Assembly (NCBI GenBank): GCA_000002435.2
Contig: CM018790.1
Origin: Giardia intestinalis
Lineage: Eukaryota
DNA: 64,000 nucleotides
Strand: one strand, 5' to 3'
Notes under the pieces: generated by a model
What the model was told of the DNA's origin: nothing
The model's database searches: none
Seen by the model: the letters and a program-made list of their open reading frames with translations, nothing else
In this document: positions 1 through 10,710 of the stretch, piece after piece
Layout of the letters: each line of letters opens with the position of its first letter
Position numbering within the stretch: the stretch's first letter is position 1
Made by a program: the position numbers and the translations under genes

Positions 1-3000
1 GCAATAGCAATAGCATACGCACAATTATAGTGTTTCAGCTCCAAGGCGCGCTGATAGGCCGTCTTACCCTCGTTAGTCTTCAGGTCCTGTTCCTTGATAA
101 GCAGACGGACACAATGGACATGATTCTTTTCAACCGCTAAATACAGCGCAAATGTGCCGTCGGTGTTTTGAAGTCTTCGTTGTGACCGCAAGCATCTAAC
201 CGCTCCGATATCATCATTCTCTGCTGCAACCATGAGCTCTGTCTTTCTGTTGCCTAAGCTGGAATACTGAGATTGATCAATGGATTCCCACTTGAGTAGA
301 AGTCTAACAGCCTCCTCGTTTTCGCAGATGCATGCATAAGACAAGGCAGTGTAGTTTCTATTGCAGCGCATATTCGCCTCCAGTTCTGCTAGAAACTCTA
401 TGCATCTACACTTGTTGAGAATAGCTGCATGCATGAGGGCTGTGCGGCCTTTAGAGTCGGTGATTCGTGCTTGAGTTTGCAACAGACAGTAAACCTTGAA
501 CAGATTGTCCTCGTGAACCGCCTTAATAAGAGGTGGAAAGTCCTCGTCCTCTGCCACTTCATACTCACGAATGAAGCTAATGCTCTTACTCAATGATCTG
601 CTAAGGTCGCTGTCGAGACTACGTGTCGGGGTATCCCTAAGAGATTTTGCCATGCTCCGACTGTAAGACAGTGGGTCTGATATGCGCTGAGACTCCGTGG
701 AGGTGAGGCCTATCGTCCTAGCCCCGTACATGCTGGCGCATGCAGTTTCTCCCAGTGTCGTATTGTGCGGGTGCGCTGGATATATACGCAAAGAATTGTA
801 ACCGTCGTTGACACTGCTTGCCATGCTGTTGCCACCTAGATGTCTTCCAGCTTCTTCGCTAATGTTAACGCCTTCGTAAGGCATAAGCACGTTGACAATT
901 TCCAGGTGGAGCATTTCAAAGGCGATCTCAATGGCCAGTTTCGAGTCATTGGAAAGGATGCCTGTCTCCTTTCCCAGGAAAAAGGGAACCAGATCAGCGT
1001 AGTCGTGAAGACATGCGTATTGCAGGGCCGTTATTCCGTCGCCATTCTTGAAGCCCGCCTCATAGTTAACAAGGAGCTTGACAAGCTTAGGTAGGTGTAA
1101 CCGCGTGGCAATATGGAGTGCTGTTTCTCCACGGATATTGCGCATGGTCTTCTCCCTATCTAGCAAGAGCTCCACCATTGCTAAGTCACCCTTTTCAACG
1201 CTGATGTGTAAGGCTGTGGCCCGCATGCTGTCAATCATGCCGGCCTCCTGCGTCACGAGCAGCTGAGCGACATTGTAGTTGCCATGCTCAATAGCGCGCA
1301 TCAGTGCTGTTTTCCCTACCTTGTCCTGCAGCCCTGCTTCTTGCTCAATTAACAGAAGAGCTGTCTCTGGGAAGTTGCGATCGATGGCCATCATCAGGGC
1401 TGAGGTCTGATGCACATCCACAAACCCAACTTCGTGGGCGACGAGCATGCGGGCAATACTATCATGCTTGTTCATAATAGCTAGCATGAGGGCTGTCTGA
1501 CCATAAAGATCCTGGGCGCCAGCCTCTAGACCCATAAGAGCTTGAACCATGTGTGAGTCCCCTGCTATTGCGGCACGCATGAGAACGGTCTTCCCATATT
1601 CTGTGGTGAGATAGCGTTCTGCAGCAGCAATGGCTGCAGCAGTATCGATCTTGCCCTCGTTAAATGCAACGCCGAGCGCTGTCTCTCCGTAACGAGTGCA
1701 GCGTCCATACTCCGTGGCAGCTATTTTATCAAGAAGAGTACTATCTGTGCGTAGGGTAGCAAAGTCTGCGGTAGCACCCTTAACCCCACCGGTCAGTTCA
1801 AGGATATGCGCGTTAAGAAGCGTATTGTACTCAGTGATACCTGCAGCAGAAATAGCTCCGGAAGGACACGCCTCTGATTGAAGCACCATTCGAAGACCAG
1901 CCTCGCGAGGAAGAAGGGCCTCGGCAATATCTGTCAGCCCTGTTTGCGCACAGTACATGAGAGCAGACATGCCTGTAGAGGTAACAACACCGACATCAGC
2001 AGAAGATAACAGCTTCTTAGCTGTATTCCGGTCTCCCTTAATGCAAGCCTTCATTAATCCCGTAGGACTGGAGACGATCTTGGCTGGTATGTTAGGTGGT
2101 AGCACGGGCGGGAGAGCCATCACCCGTGCAACTGCCGCAGGCCGTGGCTCTACGGCATCAACAGTGCTTGGGCGTTGGCAGTGACTGCATCGGCATTTCA
2201 TGGGTCCAGGTGAGCCTGGAGTCCCTGGGGCTGATCCATGGTGTCCGCTGCCTGTGAATGTGCGCGTTGGACTTGCACCGAACTGCAATCCAAGACGAGA
2301 ACTACACCGCGAGCAGTAGTAGGACTCAGCGTGAAGTCCACCCAGACGCTCAGCAGCTTCCCGGGGGCCATCAAGCTCCAAGAGCAACGAAGGAGACTTG
2401 CGCGTGGCGGGGTTCCAGCGCAGTGTCTTGGACAAGAACGTGATAACATCGTTTGTGTATCCTTTACAGAGCTTTATCCCAACATTCTTCCGGAAAAACT
2501 CCTTCATATCTCTGTTCTCTGTTACAAACTTTGGCTTGCACAAGTTACAGAGCTCAAGCAGCAAGCATGCAAGGCTCCACGTGTCTGCAGATGGTCCATC
2601 ATAGCTTACGTCTATGCGAGGGATAAAATCATTGGGCTGAACACTCGTAGTGCTCAGAGCTGGGCTAGTAAACCCAGGGTCACTCTCCACGGGAGTCTCC
2701 CTCCCCTTCGACTGTTGAGCCATGACTTCTTTGTATATGCGAGAAATCTCTAGCAGTTCGGGAGGATGGTGGGCCATTTGATAAAGGCAATATGAAAGAT
2801 CATGAGAATACACGTCTGCTGGGAAGCGCAAAAAGCCGTAGTCCGAGAGTTTGATGCAACGAATCACGTGGTCGGCTGGGCGCTCGTCTTGGCCTGCATC
2901 AACCCTACTCATCAAGAGGATATTGCTCGACTTTATATTCTGGAATATAGCTCCCACGTTCATCGCGCGTCTGTTCTGCCTGCTGGTCATGTTTTGAAGA

Positions 3001-3386
3001 TAGATGACGGCGTCGATAACCTGAACCATAACGTCCCAGATGAGAGACTCAGAATAGTGGTCTTTGTAGTCCCGTCGGAAATTGATTTCATCGCGCAAAG
3101 AACCGCCCGTAATGTACTCCATCACAAGGAAGACGCAATTCTGGTCCGCATCGTGAATAACGTCGTAATACTTGATAAGGTTGGGGTGATCATAGTCCGG
3201 CAAGTGAGAGAGATCGTCTAGCAACGTGGCGCGGACTTCGTCGTTGGAAATATGTGTGAGTGGAAATTCTTTCACGGCCACCACTTGCCCGTCAGACTTG
3301 CGAGACGCCAGGTAGACCTCGCCATGGGGCCACTTTGCAATGGACTTAATCCAAGTGTAAGCCTCAGGGAGGCGATAATTGGGCAT
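1..3386 (-). CDS. NEK-family kinase-like protein with C-terminal ankyrin repeats (likely pseudokinase); 3' end runs off window start
   Basis: I translated the minus strand manually from the ATG at 3386 (context aaaaATGccc, TAA two codons upstream) down to position 3 and found no stop in that frame. The N-terminal ~300 aa have a kinase fold (VAVKEF lysine, DYGF in place of DFG, IFQNIKSSNILL replacing the HRD loop, no GxGxxG), so the kinase is probably inactive. From ~2120 downward there are ankyrin repeats (TALMYCAQTG, GETALGVAFNEGK...). The gene is absent from the ORF track because the stop lies outside the window. Confidence 0.75.
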   Translation of the reverse strand, partial: MPNYRLPEAYTWIKSIAKWPHGEVYLASRKSDGQVVAVKEFPLTHISNDEVRATLLDDLSHLPDYDHPNLIKYYDVIHDADQNCVFLVMEYITGGSLRDEINFRRDYKDHYSESLIWDVMVQVIDAVIYLQNMTSRQNRRAMNVGAIFQNIKSSNILLMSRVDAGQDERPADHVIRCIKLSDYGFLRFPADVYSHDLSYCLYQMAHHPPELLEISRIYKEVMAQQSKGRETPVESDPGFTSPALSTTSVQPNDFIPRIDVSYDGPSADTWSLACLLLELCNLCKPKFVTENRDMKEFFRKNVGIKLCKGYTNDVITFLSKTLRWNPATRKSPSLLLELDGPREAAERLGGLHAESYYCSRCSSRLGLQFGASPTRTFTGSGHHGSAPGTPGSPGPMKCRCSHCQRPSTVDAVEPRPAAVARVMALPPVLPPNIPAKIVSSPTGLMKACIKGDRNTAKKLLSSADVGVVTSTGMSALMYCAQTGLTDIAEALLPREAGLRMVLQSEACPSGAISAAGITEYNTLLNAHILELTGGVKGATADFATLRTDSTLLDKIAATEYGRCTRYGETALGVAFNEGKIDTAAAIAAAERYLTTEYGKTVLMRAAIAGDSHMVQALMGLEAGAQDLYGQTALMLAIMNKHDSIARMLVAHEVGFVDVHQTSALMMAIDRNFPETALLLIEQEAGLQDKVGKTALMRAIEHGNYNVAQLLVTQEAGMIDSMRATALHISVEKGDLAMVELLLDREKTMRNIRGETALHIATRLHLPKLVKLLVNYEAGFKNGDGITALQYACLHDYADLVPFFLGKETGILSNDSKLAIEIAFEMLHLEIVNVLMPYEGVNISEEAGRHLGGNSMASSVNDGYNSLRIYPAHPHNTTLGETACASMYGARTIGLTSTESQRISDPLSYSRSMAKSLRDTPTRSLDSDLSRSLSKSISFIREYEVAEDEDFPPLIKAVHEDNLFKVYCLLQTQARITDSKGRTALMHAAILNKCRCIEFLAELEANMRCNRNYTALSYACICENEEAVRLLLKWESIDQSQYSSLGNRKTELMVAAENDDIGAVRCLRSQRRLQNTDGTFALYLAVEKNHVHCVRLLIKEQDLKTNEGKTAYQRALELKHYNCAYAIAI

Positions 3387-3422
3387 TTTTTACTCTCGCT
3401 TGGATTTTGATTTGCACAACGT

Positions 3423-4178
3423 TTAATTACATATTCTATTGAACGTGAGGCCATAGTTAACCTTATTCGGATATGAGACGCGCTTCATGCAGCCCGGGTC
3501 TCCATGGACAGAAGATCCGCAACAAGACCATTGTTGTTCGCTTGTTACAGGATTACACTTAAATACGCCAGTATGGAAGCGCTCTACTTCCGTTTTCTCG
3601 CGAAAAGCATGGACATACGTTTTCTCCGTCCCTGGAGATATGTAGGATGGCTTGCTGGAGACATAAGGTTTTCTTGCAAATCCCGGGAGTTCAACCATTT
3701 GGGAACTTTGTCCCGTAGAACTGGATCTCAGTTGTGAGCGTGTCTTCGTGCAACTTGGTTGTTCTCGGACGCTGGGGCCTTTGTAGCCTTCCGCTCCTAT
3801 GTATGCCAGAGTGTCCATGCGATCTACAAGCATCTCGGCAAGCTCTTCATTATAGTATCCACGTCTGTAATACGACGGTCCATAATGAGAGCGTACGTTC
3901 CTGTTGCGTCTGCTTGTATTCGCAAGGCTATTCCGGAGGGTTTCGTGATAGATTACCTTGTTAAGCTCCTCATCTGGGGTCATTGAAAGATTCATGAGAT
4001 CCGTGCGATAGGTGTCTGTGCTCTTAGTGGTGGGGAATCCATCCTTAGTTAGAGGAAGGGGAGAGCGATAGTCGAAATCTGCCAAGCTGTCTATAGTAGT
4101 ATGCCGCTGGAGAGACCGCTCGCGCCTATCGAAGCACGGGGCCTCCCGTATCCCCTGAGGGTTGAAGATGCTGTTCAT
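3423..4178 (-). CDS. hypothetical protein (251 aa) with Cys-rich C-terminal segment
   Basis: Intact ORF on the ORF track with an AT-rich start context. The C-terminus carries WSCCGSSVHGDPGC. No family recognised. Confidence 0.5.
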   Translation of the reverse strand: MNSIFNPQGIREAPCFDRRERSLQRHTTIDSLADFDYRSPLPLTKDGFPTTKSTDTYRTDLMNLSMTPDEELNKVIYHETLRNSLANTSRRNRNVRSHYGPSYYRRGYYNEELAEMLVDRMDTLAYIGAEGYKGPSVREQPSCTKTRSQLRSSSTGQSSQMVELPGFARKPYVSSKPSYISPGTEKTYVHAFREKTEVERFHTGVFKCNPVTSEQQWSCCGSSVHGDPGCMKRVSYPNKVNYGLTFNRICN

Positions 4179-4260
4179 GGCACAGGATTATAAAATCAGG
4201 GTAAATTTTCAGGTCTTGCTCCTGTTTTAGCTAAGATAAAGCTCTGGGTGTGGCCCGCAT

Positions 4261-6024
4261 ATGAGCATCCAGGACATGGCGCACGGCATCATACGGGAGT
4301 ATCTGAAGCTCCATGACTACACGGAGGCCTACGAAGCCTTTGAACGCGAAGCTATACATCGCGGAATCCCAAAGCTCTTCAGTAAGCGACTGGAGATACT
4401 CGAGGCTGTTGGGATCACTTCACAGTTCAGAGAGGAATTTGAGAAGAAGAAAAGGGGCGTCCCACATCTAGAAACCTCTTTGGAAGTGCTCATAAAGAGT
4501 TACAAAGAGGCGTCTGCAAGTGAAGAAAAGGAAGTGGCGCAAGCTCGCCGCGTCCGCCGTAAGCGGCCGCAAGGCATACATCGCACGATAGAAGAGACAG
4601 CAACGTCACAGCCAGAGGCACCACAGTTAGAAACTTTACTTTCCAAATATCAACCTTCTGAGGAGCCCGGTGAGCTCATCTCTCCACATCCTATTGTCTC
4701 AGTTAAGGATCACATTGCCGCTAATGGTGGCTTCCCGCTTTTCAAATCAGTCCTTTTCGGGGCCAAAAGACAAGCTACTATTCCAGATACTTGGTATCAA
4801 TCGCTCTTTTGTCTTTCGCTCTCACCAAAAACAAAGCCAAAGAAGACGAGCTTTTCTGTTTTGCATCCAAAGTCGTGGGCCATTCACCAGCGTGAGGGAG
4901 GTCCGTGCGGAGTCATTGCAGTTATTCAAGCGCGTGCGGCTAAATACCTATTTCATGGCGCAAAACCACGTGTTTTGGCCTCTGCTACCTTGATTCAAGC
5001 CCTAACCATTGGATTGCAAAACTTAGCAGCCGAGGATGTACCGGTCCCGTTTATCGAAGCAGTTCTGTCTGCCATTTATGACACTTTAGAACTGGTCCTG
5101 AAGCAGAGCCCTACAGGTCGTGCGTACTTAGTTGTTCCAGCTACTCACAGGGCATTTGCTAGAGATCTTCTGCAGCAGCTTTCGAGCGTAGCACCCTCAG
5201 ACACAGTTGCGCGGCAACAGTTACTGGGAGACATTCATGGTCGGCTAGGCCTGGCGCGAATAGTTGAAGAGATGGATGACTTTGAAGTCATTACAGCATC
5301 TTCCCCGGCGGAAATCCATGGTATTCTCTCTTCTCTCTTCTACCAGTTCTATGCAATTACAGCTTTCCCGTCTTCCTTTATCCCAGCCCTCGTTGTTTCG
5401 GTGATACTCACGAGAACGCTTCGTGAAATCGCAGTCACAGACTTTGATTCTTCAAATAATGGCAGCCATGGGCCTAGTACTGGGCTATCATCGGACAGCC
5501 TATTCACAAACATGAACAATGCGTCCATGGAATTGGTGAATCTTTTCATCCACGGGAAGGCAGTGGCTGGCACCCACGATGGGGTCGTTACCTGCGATGG
5601 TTTTACTCTAAAGGGCATTGACACACCAACAGATGTAGGCTTGCTTAGCATCTATGAATATTACAACTACCTCACGATAGGCGACAATCTGAAGTGGGGG
5701 GTTCTCTGTCCATGCTTTGTTTTATTCAACGAAGCACACTATACATCCCTCTTTCCTATTGACAAAGCAGCCATGGATACTATCTCTACTGGACTAGCAG
5801 ATCGCATGTTTGGTTCCAGAAAAGAGGTAGATGTGATTTATTCCGACTCCTTGGACGACCAATCGGAAGCTGTACGGCTTACGTTAACACTAGAGGGCCC
5901 TGTAACGTGCAAGAGAGAGGAGGACGGCATCAGGGACAAAAGCTTTGTCAACCAACTAATATACACGTTATTCGGCACGTCTATAGTCTCTATATCGTGG
6001 AACGGGGCAGAACCATACCTTTAA
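4261..6024 (+). CDS. LisH-motif protein with probable MINDY-3/4 (DUF4205)-like cysteine peptidase domain
   Basis: 587-aa ORF. The N-terminal IIREYLKLHDYTEAYEAFEREA resembles a LisH motif. The internal HQREGGPCGVIAVIQA resembles the Q-x-EGGPCG catalytic-Cys motif of the FAM188/MINDY-3/4 family. The family call is from memory of the motif and was not searched. Confidence 0.55.
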   Translation: MSIQDMAHGIIREYLKLHDYTEAYEAFEREAIHRGIPKLFSKRLEILEAVGITSQFREEFEKKKRGVPHLETSLEVLIKSYKEASASEEKEVAQARRVRRKRPQGIHRTIEETATSQPEAPQLETLLSKYQPSEEPGELISPHPIVSVKDHIAANGGFPLFKSVLFGAKRQATIPDTWYQSLFCLSLSPKTKPKKTSFSVLHPKSWAIHQREGGPCGVIAVIQARAAKYLFHGAKPRVLASATLIQALTIGLQNLAAEDVPVPFIEAVLSAIYDTLELVLKQSPTGRAYLVVPATHRAFARDLLQQLSSVAPSDTVARQQLLGDIHGRLGLARIVEEMDDFEVITASSPAEIHGILSSLFYQFYAITAFPSSFIPALVVSVILTRTLREIAVTDFDSSNNGSHGPSTGLSSDSLFTNMNNASMELVNLFIHGKAVAGTHDGVVTCDGFTLKGIDTPTDVGLLSIYEYYNYLTIGDNLKWGVLCPCFVLFNEAHYTSLFPIDKAAMDTISTGLADRMFGSRKEVDVIYSDSLDDQSEAVRLTLTLEGPVTCKREEDGIRDKSFVNQLIYTLFGTSIVSISWNGAEPYL

Positions 6025-6045
6025 TGGCACTGTGATTAGCAAGGC

Positions 6046-9000
6046 TTAGGAAACACACAAAGCAGGAATTCCAAAGCAATATGCTGTGTATATTTGCTCA
6101 CAGATAAGATCGGTTATCTCTAGCCTCTTGAAGTACTCGTACAATCTCAGTCGGCGGAGAACGCCGGACGACGGGCGCTCTTTATCTACACCAGAAAACG
6201 CTTCAACATGCTTGTGGACAAAGTACTTCAATATGCACATGATAGCTTCCATCGTCTCATACTGGTCAAAGTATTTTCGCTCGCACATGTCGATGATGTC
6301 CTTCATAAATATGCGGGACTTATAAAAGTAAATATTGAGTGTTTCGGTCGTTGGTTTCAATAGTTTTGGCAATTCCAGTGGCGTATACGCAAGCAGGCTT
6401 GGATCTTTTATAGTTTTGATGGAGTTAGAATGAGTCGAGGACACTTCCGATGAGCACAATAGAGGAGAAGAAACCCTGGAGGAGACCTTAGAGGACGTTA
6501 TGACAAGGCGCTTTCGTTCAAAGAAGGTCTTGAGCCCGCTGTCTATTCCCCCCACGCCCAGCATGCTACTCCTTCTGCTGTGGACGACAGACGCAGGAGC
6601 GGACAGGGATGTATCATCAAAGGATTCCAGATGATGCTCTGTGTACGCGTTACCCTCACGTGCGTCGTGTTTAGGGTGATGCACCTCTATGGAAGTAAGA
6701 TCCTCTAGAACATACCGGTCAACTTGCGAGTATAGATTGTCTCCTAGCGCGTGCGACAAGAACCTGTCGATCACCATCTGATACTTTCTCAGGTGAACGT
6801 GAATAGTGTTATAGATAATCACAGAAGCGTTGTGTGCAAGAACTTTGAGCTCCACTGTAGTAAAGTCCTTGTTATAAGGTTTTAGCTTCATGGGAAGCAG
6901 AAACCGGCCTAGAGAACAGATGGCAAGCACGTGTTTAAAGTAAAATGAGAGGTGAATGGCAAGCGTCACCAATTTAATGGAGAGGGAGTGCTGGATGTTC
7001 GTCTTGATTATGTGCAACAGGACTAAGATGAAGGGCTCAAAACGTGTCTTAAAGGCTGCGGTAGCTAGCTTTTCAATCCGTGCCCGCGACTTGACGTCCA
7101 CCTGGTACGACTTGCGCGAAAAACCCCCGACAGCCCTGATCACGAGGCTTTCAAATGCCAGATCAGACGGAAGCTTCTCGTTCCAATCAAACCCGTCCTC
7201 CTTCTTAAACAGGACAGTGGTTCCTTTGTGATAAGGAGTGAATTTGACCAGTGGGGCCATGTACGAGCTTTGAGAAAAGGGCAGAAGCTTTTCTATGATG
7301 GGAGTGGTTTTAGAAAGCTTCTCTGACCTCATAGACATCTCCTCCATATCCAGGGCAGACAACATATTGATGTACGTAAAACTTATCTTTATAGGAGAAG
7401 GCAAACTAATCAGCGTGCGCTCGTTAAGTGAAAACTTCGATTTAATGAGATGGTTCGGTCGAACAAAGGGCGATATGAGGTCGCCTGCCGTACAGAGGAC
7501 GGTCACATCAGTGACTGAATCGCAAATGGCACCGCCAGCATAATGCGCGAAATGGGACGCGGCAGAGTGGATGACATTCGAGTTAGACTTCGTTAATAGT
7601 TCATCGTTCAAGTGCGCAACAAGCCTGGCATAGTGTGCATTGATATCTATCAACGGAGTTGGGGCGGGAAAGTCAGCACTCGGGCCCGTTATCATTAGTC
7701 CGTGCGGCGTCTCGTGTAAGATGAGCCCCTTCAGCATCTTTCTGTTGGCAAACCAATAGTGGGAGATCTCGTTGAGTCGCTCAATGACCAAGTCGAGCTG
7801 ATGAAAACGGTTCTTGAAGCGGATCGCAGCACTTAACAACGTCAGGTAGATGTTATCTGACAAAAGAAGTGGACTGATCTCCCTGGCGTACAAGACCCCG
7901 TCCATGAGGATGAGAAAGACATAGAGGGCCTCTGGATCTTTGATTATAGTCATAAGTATTTCATAGGCCTCGTTATACACCACGCTCCTGGGTTTCACCA
8001 AGTACACCTTGTTATGAGTCTTTAGAAGCTGACGGAGTTTGTGGGGAGCAGAATCCGCCTCGCCCAGATCTGGGGAAAGGCTGGAGAGAAGCTGATCTTC
8101 TGTGATAACTGTGAAGTTGTTAGATTCAATATATTCCTCCAGTGACTGAACCGCATGGCTTACTGATAACTCTCCGCTTCCACCACAGGGCGCTTTATTC
8201 GAAAGGGTAGGGCAAACATGAGACCCCAGCATTACTATTTCCGAACCGCTGCTGCGGAAAGATGTCAAGGAAAAGTGGCGTAGCAGGCGCTGCAGCGTAT
8301 CGGAAATGTTCGTCATGTCCATGTAAATGCTCGTCCTGAAGTCGCCGGGCTCGGAAGCTGTAAAGATATAAAGTAGATTGACCAGTAGGGAGGACAGCGA
8401 AGCTATCAGTATCTTTTGTGCGTGGGGGTAGTAATATGAAAACATAGGATTGGATTCTAGGGACGATAGCAGGGAATATGCAAGCTGGGTGGTGTACGAG
8501 TCCTCCGAGTCCTCGATGAGACTGAGCTGCTCCTTTAAGAACTGAAGAAGATATATGCTTGTAATGATGCACGGATGGTAGATCGACTCATTGGCAAACG
8601 CCTCATCTAAGCGGTGTCTCTGTGTCTCGGGCGGGGGGATATACGAAGAGAGGAAGACGTCTTTGGTATCTGTAGAAGCTATGGAGTTGTAGGCTTCAAT
8701 TAGTCCCATAATGTGTTTGTAGTATCTCAATACAAGATCGTTGTAAGAAACAAACTTCAGCACATTCGAGGACGTAATAGCATCTGCACCGTCAAAGGAC
8801 GACCGAGTCCAGTCACACTCGACCATGATCGCTCGTTCAACGAAGACTTGGAGCACCTCGACAAGCTTCTTGAAGGCCTTGGTCTTCAGGAGAGCCACAA
8901 ATTGAGAACGATCGTTTTCAGTCTCCGTAGTGTACGAGTAACCATTTGCAATGAATGTCTCGGGCTTCTGAAGAAGGTATCCATACTTGTTGAGGCTCTG

Positions 9001-10665
9001 CTTAAAGTGGACCCCGATAAGCTGAATAAAAGAAAGGCACTGATTGTCACCATAGATTGCCCTGCCGGTCCTCGCGCGGGCGACCTTATCACGGAAGTCG
9101 CTGATACGGCTGGGCGTCTGCTGTATCTGCTTTATATGAATGTTAGAAAGGACGTCACCGATGAGCGCAGAAGTGAAGGATATCCGCCGTGAGTTGACAT
9201 AATTCTCGTAAATAGTTTGTGAGAAGAATGGAGATATCAAGTCGTCCAGATCTACGTCGTACAAATGATAAGGATAGGTCAAGTTTCCTGTGTAGTGAGC
9301 GGCAAACTGCTTCGTAAGTTGGCAGTGCAATCGAAAGTTGTGTATTTCCTGATTATAGGACCCGTCTGGATTGTAAATCTTCAGTGCCTTAAAGAACCGG
9401 AGGGGATCGATACTGCAGCACTTTATGAGAAAAGACCGAAGCTTACTGTATGGCTTGGCGAGCGCACGGATGCATTCACCAATAGGTACTAACTCCAAAA
9501 CAATCTCGTGAGGAAACCGGCCATTAGGATGAACTGTGGGTTGATATCGCGAATCCATGTCGGCGTAGTCACACTGGAAAAGCTCTCCTAACGTGTCTAT
9601 GCCTGAAAGCCCTGCAGACTGGTTGTTGTTCTCACCAGGCGCAATGTTTCCGCTGTTTGGCAGGGCAGATGTAAGTGGGTTGTCTGGTGCGGTAGGAGTA
9701 TTCATTGAAGGAGCTCCTGGAGTGCCCTCAGGCCAATAAACGTGATCGAGCGCTTCGATAGACATATCCTCCATAGGAGTTATAGAATCCATCTTGGACT
9801 CTAAAGCTAGCTCACGCAGGTCGGGGGTTGGCGGAGCAACAGTGACAGGAGTTGCGAGCCGAACCCCGATATCTTGAAGGCTCACTGAGAGTGACAGATG
9901 TGGGGACCCTTTCGAGGCGCCCATAGTTGTCCCTATAAGTGTGGCTTTGGCCTTAGATTGCAATATAGTAGACTGAGAGGGTCTGTCAAAAGACGTTTTC
10001 ATGCGATAAATTCTCAAACGCACGGAAGAATACAGCTTGATATAATATTCTAATATCCTCTGGTAGTGGCTTCGTGCAACTTTTTGTTCGCCTGATTCAT
10101 CCTTCTCCAGCCTGCAGCAATAGCCGGAAGAAAACTCAAGCAGCTCCTCCACAAGCTTCTCACAGAGGAAGCGCTGCATTTGGCGCGAGTAGCAGTGGAG
10201 AAACTCAATGAAAACGTAAGGACTGTTGTGCTCAAAGAAGAGCATAGAGATCTGGTGGCAGGGCATAGACCCGTGATTACGAAGGTAGATCCTGATAGAG
10301 TCGTTAAACCGCGGAAGATCCAGAGGAGGAATCGGCTTGACGAAGATACCGTCCACAGCGGGTGGCATAAATGTCTCAATGGGGAACACGTACGACTTTC
10401 TTTTGCTCTTCCCATGTATAACCTTGTAGAGACGATTAGTGCGCAGGTAGTGACGCGCAGTTTTTGAGACGAGGGGATTGTCCGATGTGACAAGGGCAGA
10501 AAGACCCTCGATGTCTCTCGCATCAGACATACACTTCAGAACGCGCTGGATCAGTGCGGGTTCAGCATCACCTGTCTGCACGAGCAGCAAATCGTCAATG
10601 TTGTAGGGCGCTGGTCGACTCATGAGCAAAATAGTTTTTTCGTTCGCTTCGGCCACTTTCACCAT
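6046..10665 (-). CDS. large hypothetical protein (1539 aa)
   Basis: Single uninterrupted 4.6 kb ORF with an ATG at 10663-10665 and an A/T-rich upstream region. It is convergent with the 4261..6024 gene across a 22 nt gap. No recognisable domain by eye. Confidence 0.65.
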   Translation of the reverse strand: MVKVAEANEKTILLMSRPAPYNIDDLLLVQTGDAEPALIQRVLKCMSDARDIEGLSALVTSDNPLVSKTARHYLRTNRLYKVIHGKSKRKSYVFPIETFMPPAVDGIFVKPIPPLDLPRFNDSIRIYLRNHGSMPCHQISMLFFEHNSPYVFIEFLHCYSRQMQRFLCEKLVEELLEFSSGYCCRLEKDESGEQKVARSHYQRILEYYIKLYSSVRLRIYRMKTSFDRPSQSTILQSKAKATLIGTTMGASKGSPHLSLSVSLQDIGVRLATPVTVAPPTPDLRELALESKMDSITPMEDMSIEALDHVYWPEGTPGAPSMNTPTAPDNPLTSALPNSGNIAPGENNNQSAGLSGIDTLGELFQCDYADMDSRYQPTVHPNGRFPHEIVLELVPIGECIRALAKPYSKLRSFLIKCCSIDPLRFFKALKIYNPDGSYNQEIHNFRLHCQLTKQFAAHYTGNLTYPYHLYDVDLDDLISPFFSQTIYENYVNSRRISFTSALIGDVLSNIHIKQIQQTPSRISDFRDKVARARTGRAIYGDNQCLSFIQLIGVHFKQSLNKYGYLLQKPETFIANGYSYTTETENDRSQFVALLKTKAFKKLVEVLQVFVERAIMVECDWTRSSFDGADAITSSNVLKFVSYNDLVLRYYKHIMGLIEAYNSIASTDTKDVFLSSYIPPPETQRHRLDEAFANESIYHPCIITSIYLLQFLKEQLSLIEDSEDSYTTQLAYSLLSSLESNPMFSYYYPHAQKILIASLSSLLVNLLYIFTASEPGDFRTSIYMDMTNISDTLQRLLRHFSLTSFRSSGSEIVMLGSHVCPTLSNKAPCGGSGELSVSHAVQSLEEYIESNNFTVITEDQLLSSLSPDLGEADSAPHKLRQLLKTHNKVYLVKPRSVVYNEAYEILMTIIKDPEALYVFLILMDGVLYAREISPLLLSDNIYLTLLSAAIRFKNRFHQLDLVIERLNEISHYWFANRKMLKGLILHETPHGLMITGPSADFPAPTPLIDINAHYARLVAHLNDELLTKSNSNVIHSAASHFAHYAGGAICDSVTDVTVLCTAGDLISPFVRPNHLIKSKFSLNERTLISLPSPIKISFTYINMLSALDMEEMSMRSEKLSKTTPIIEKLLPFSQSSYMAPLVKFTPYHKGTTVLFKKEDGFDWNEKLPSDLAFESLVIRAVGGFSRKSYQVDVKSRARIEKLATAAFKTRFEPFILVLLHIIKTNIQHSLSIKLVTLAIHLSFYFKHVLAICSLGRFLLPMKLKPYNKDFTTVELKVLAHNASVIIYNTIHVHLRKYQMVIDRFLSHALGDNLYSQVDRYVLEDLTSIEVHHPKHDAREGNAYTEHHLESFDDTSLSAPASVVHSRRSSMLGVGGIDSGLKTFFERKRLVITSSKVSSRVSSPLLCSSEVSSTHSNSIKTIKDPSLLAYTPLELPKLLKPTTETLNIYFYKSRIFMKDIIDMCERKYFDQYETMEAIMCILKYFVHKHVEAFSGVDKERPSSGVLRRLRLYEYFKRLEITDLICEQIYTAYCFGIPALCVS

Positions 10666-10710
10666 TCCTGTCCTGCTATTTTTAATAAAGATACGCTAAA
10701 GCAAAATTTA

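Noticed and set aside
2238-3221. Plus-strand ORFs 2238..2753 (171 aa) and 2802..3221 (139 aa)
   Set aside because: They lie antisense to the continuous NEK-ankyrin ORF (1..3386, minus strand) that I verified codon by codon. Their composition is junk-like and they have no Giardia start context.
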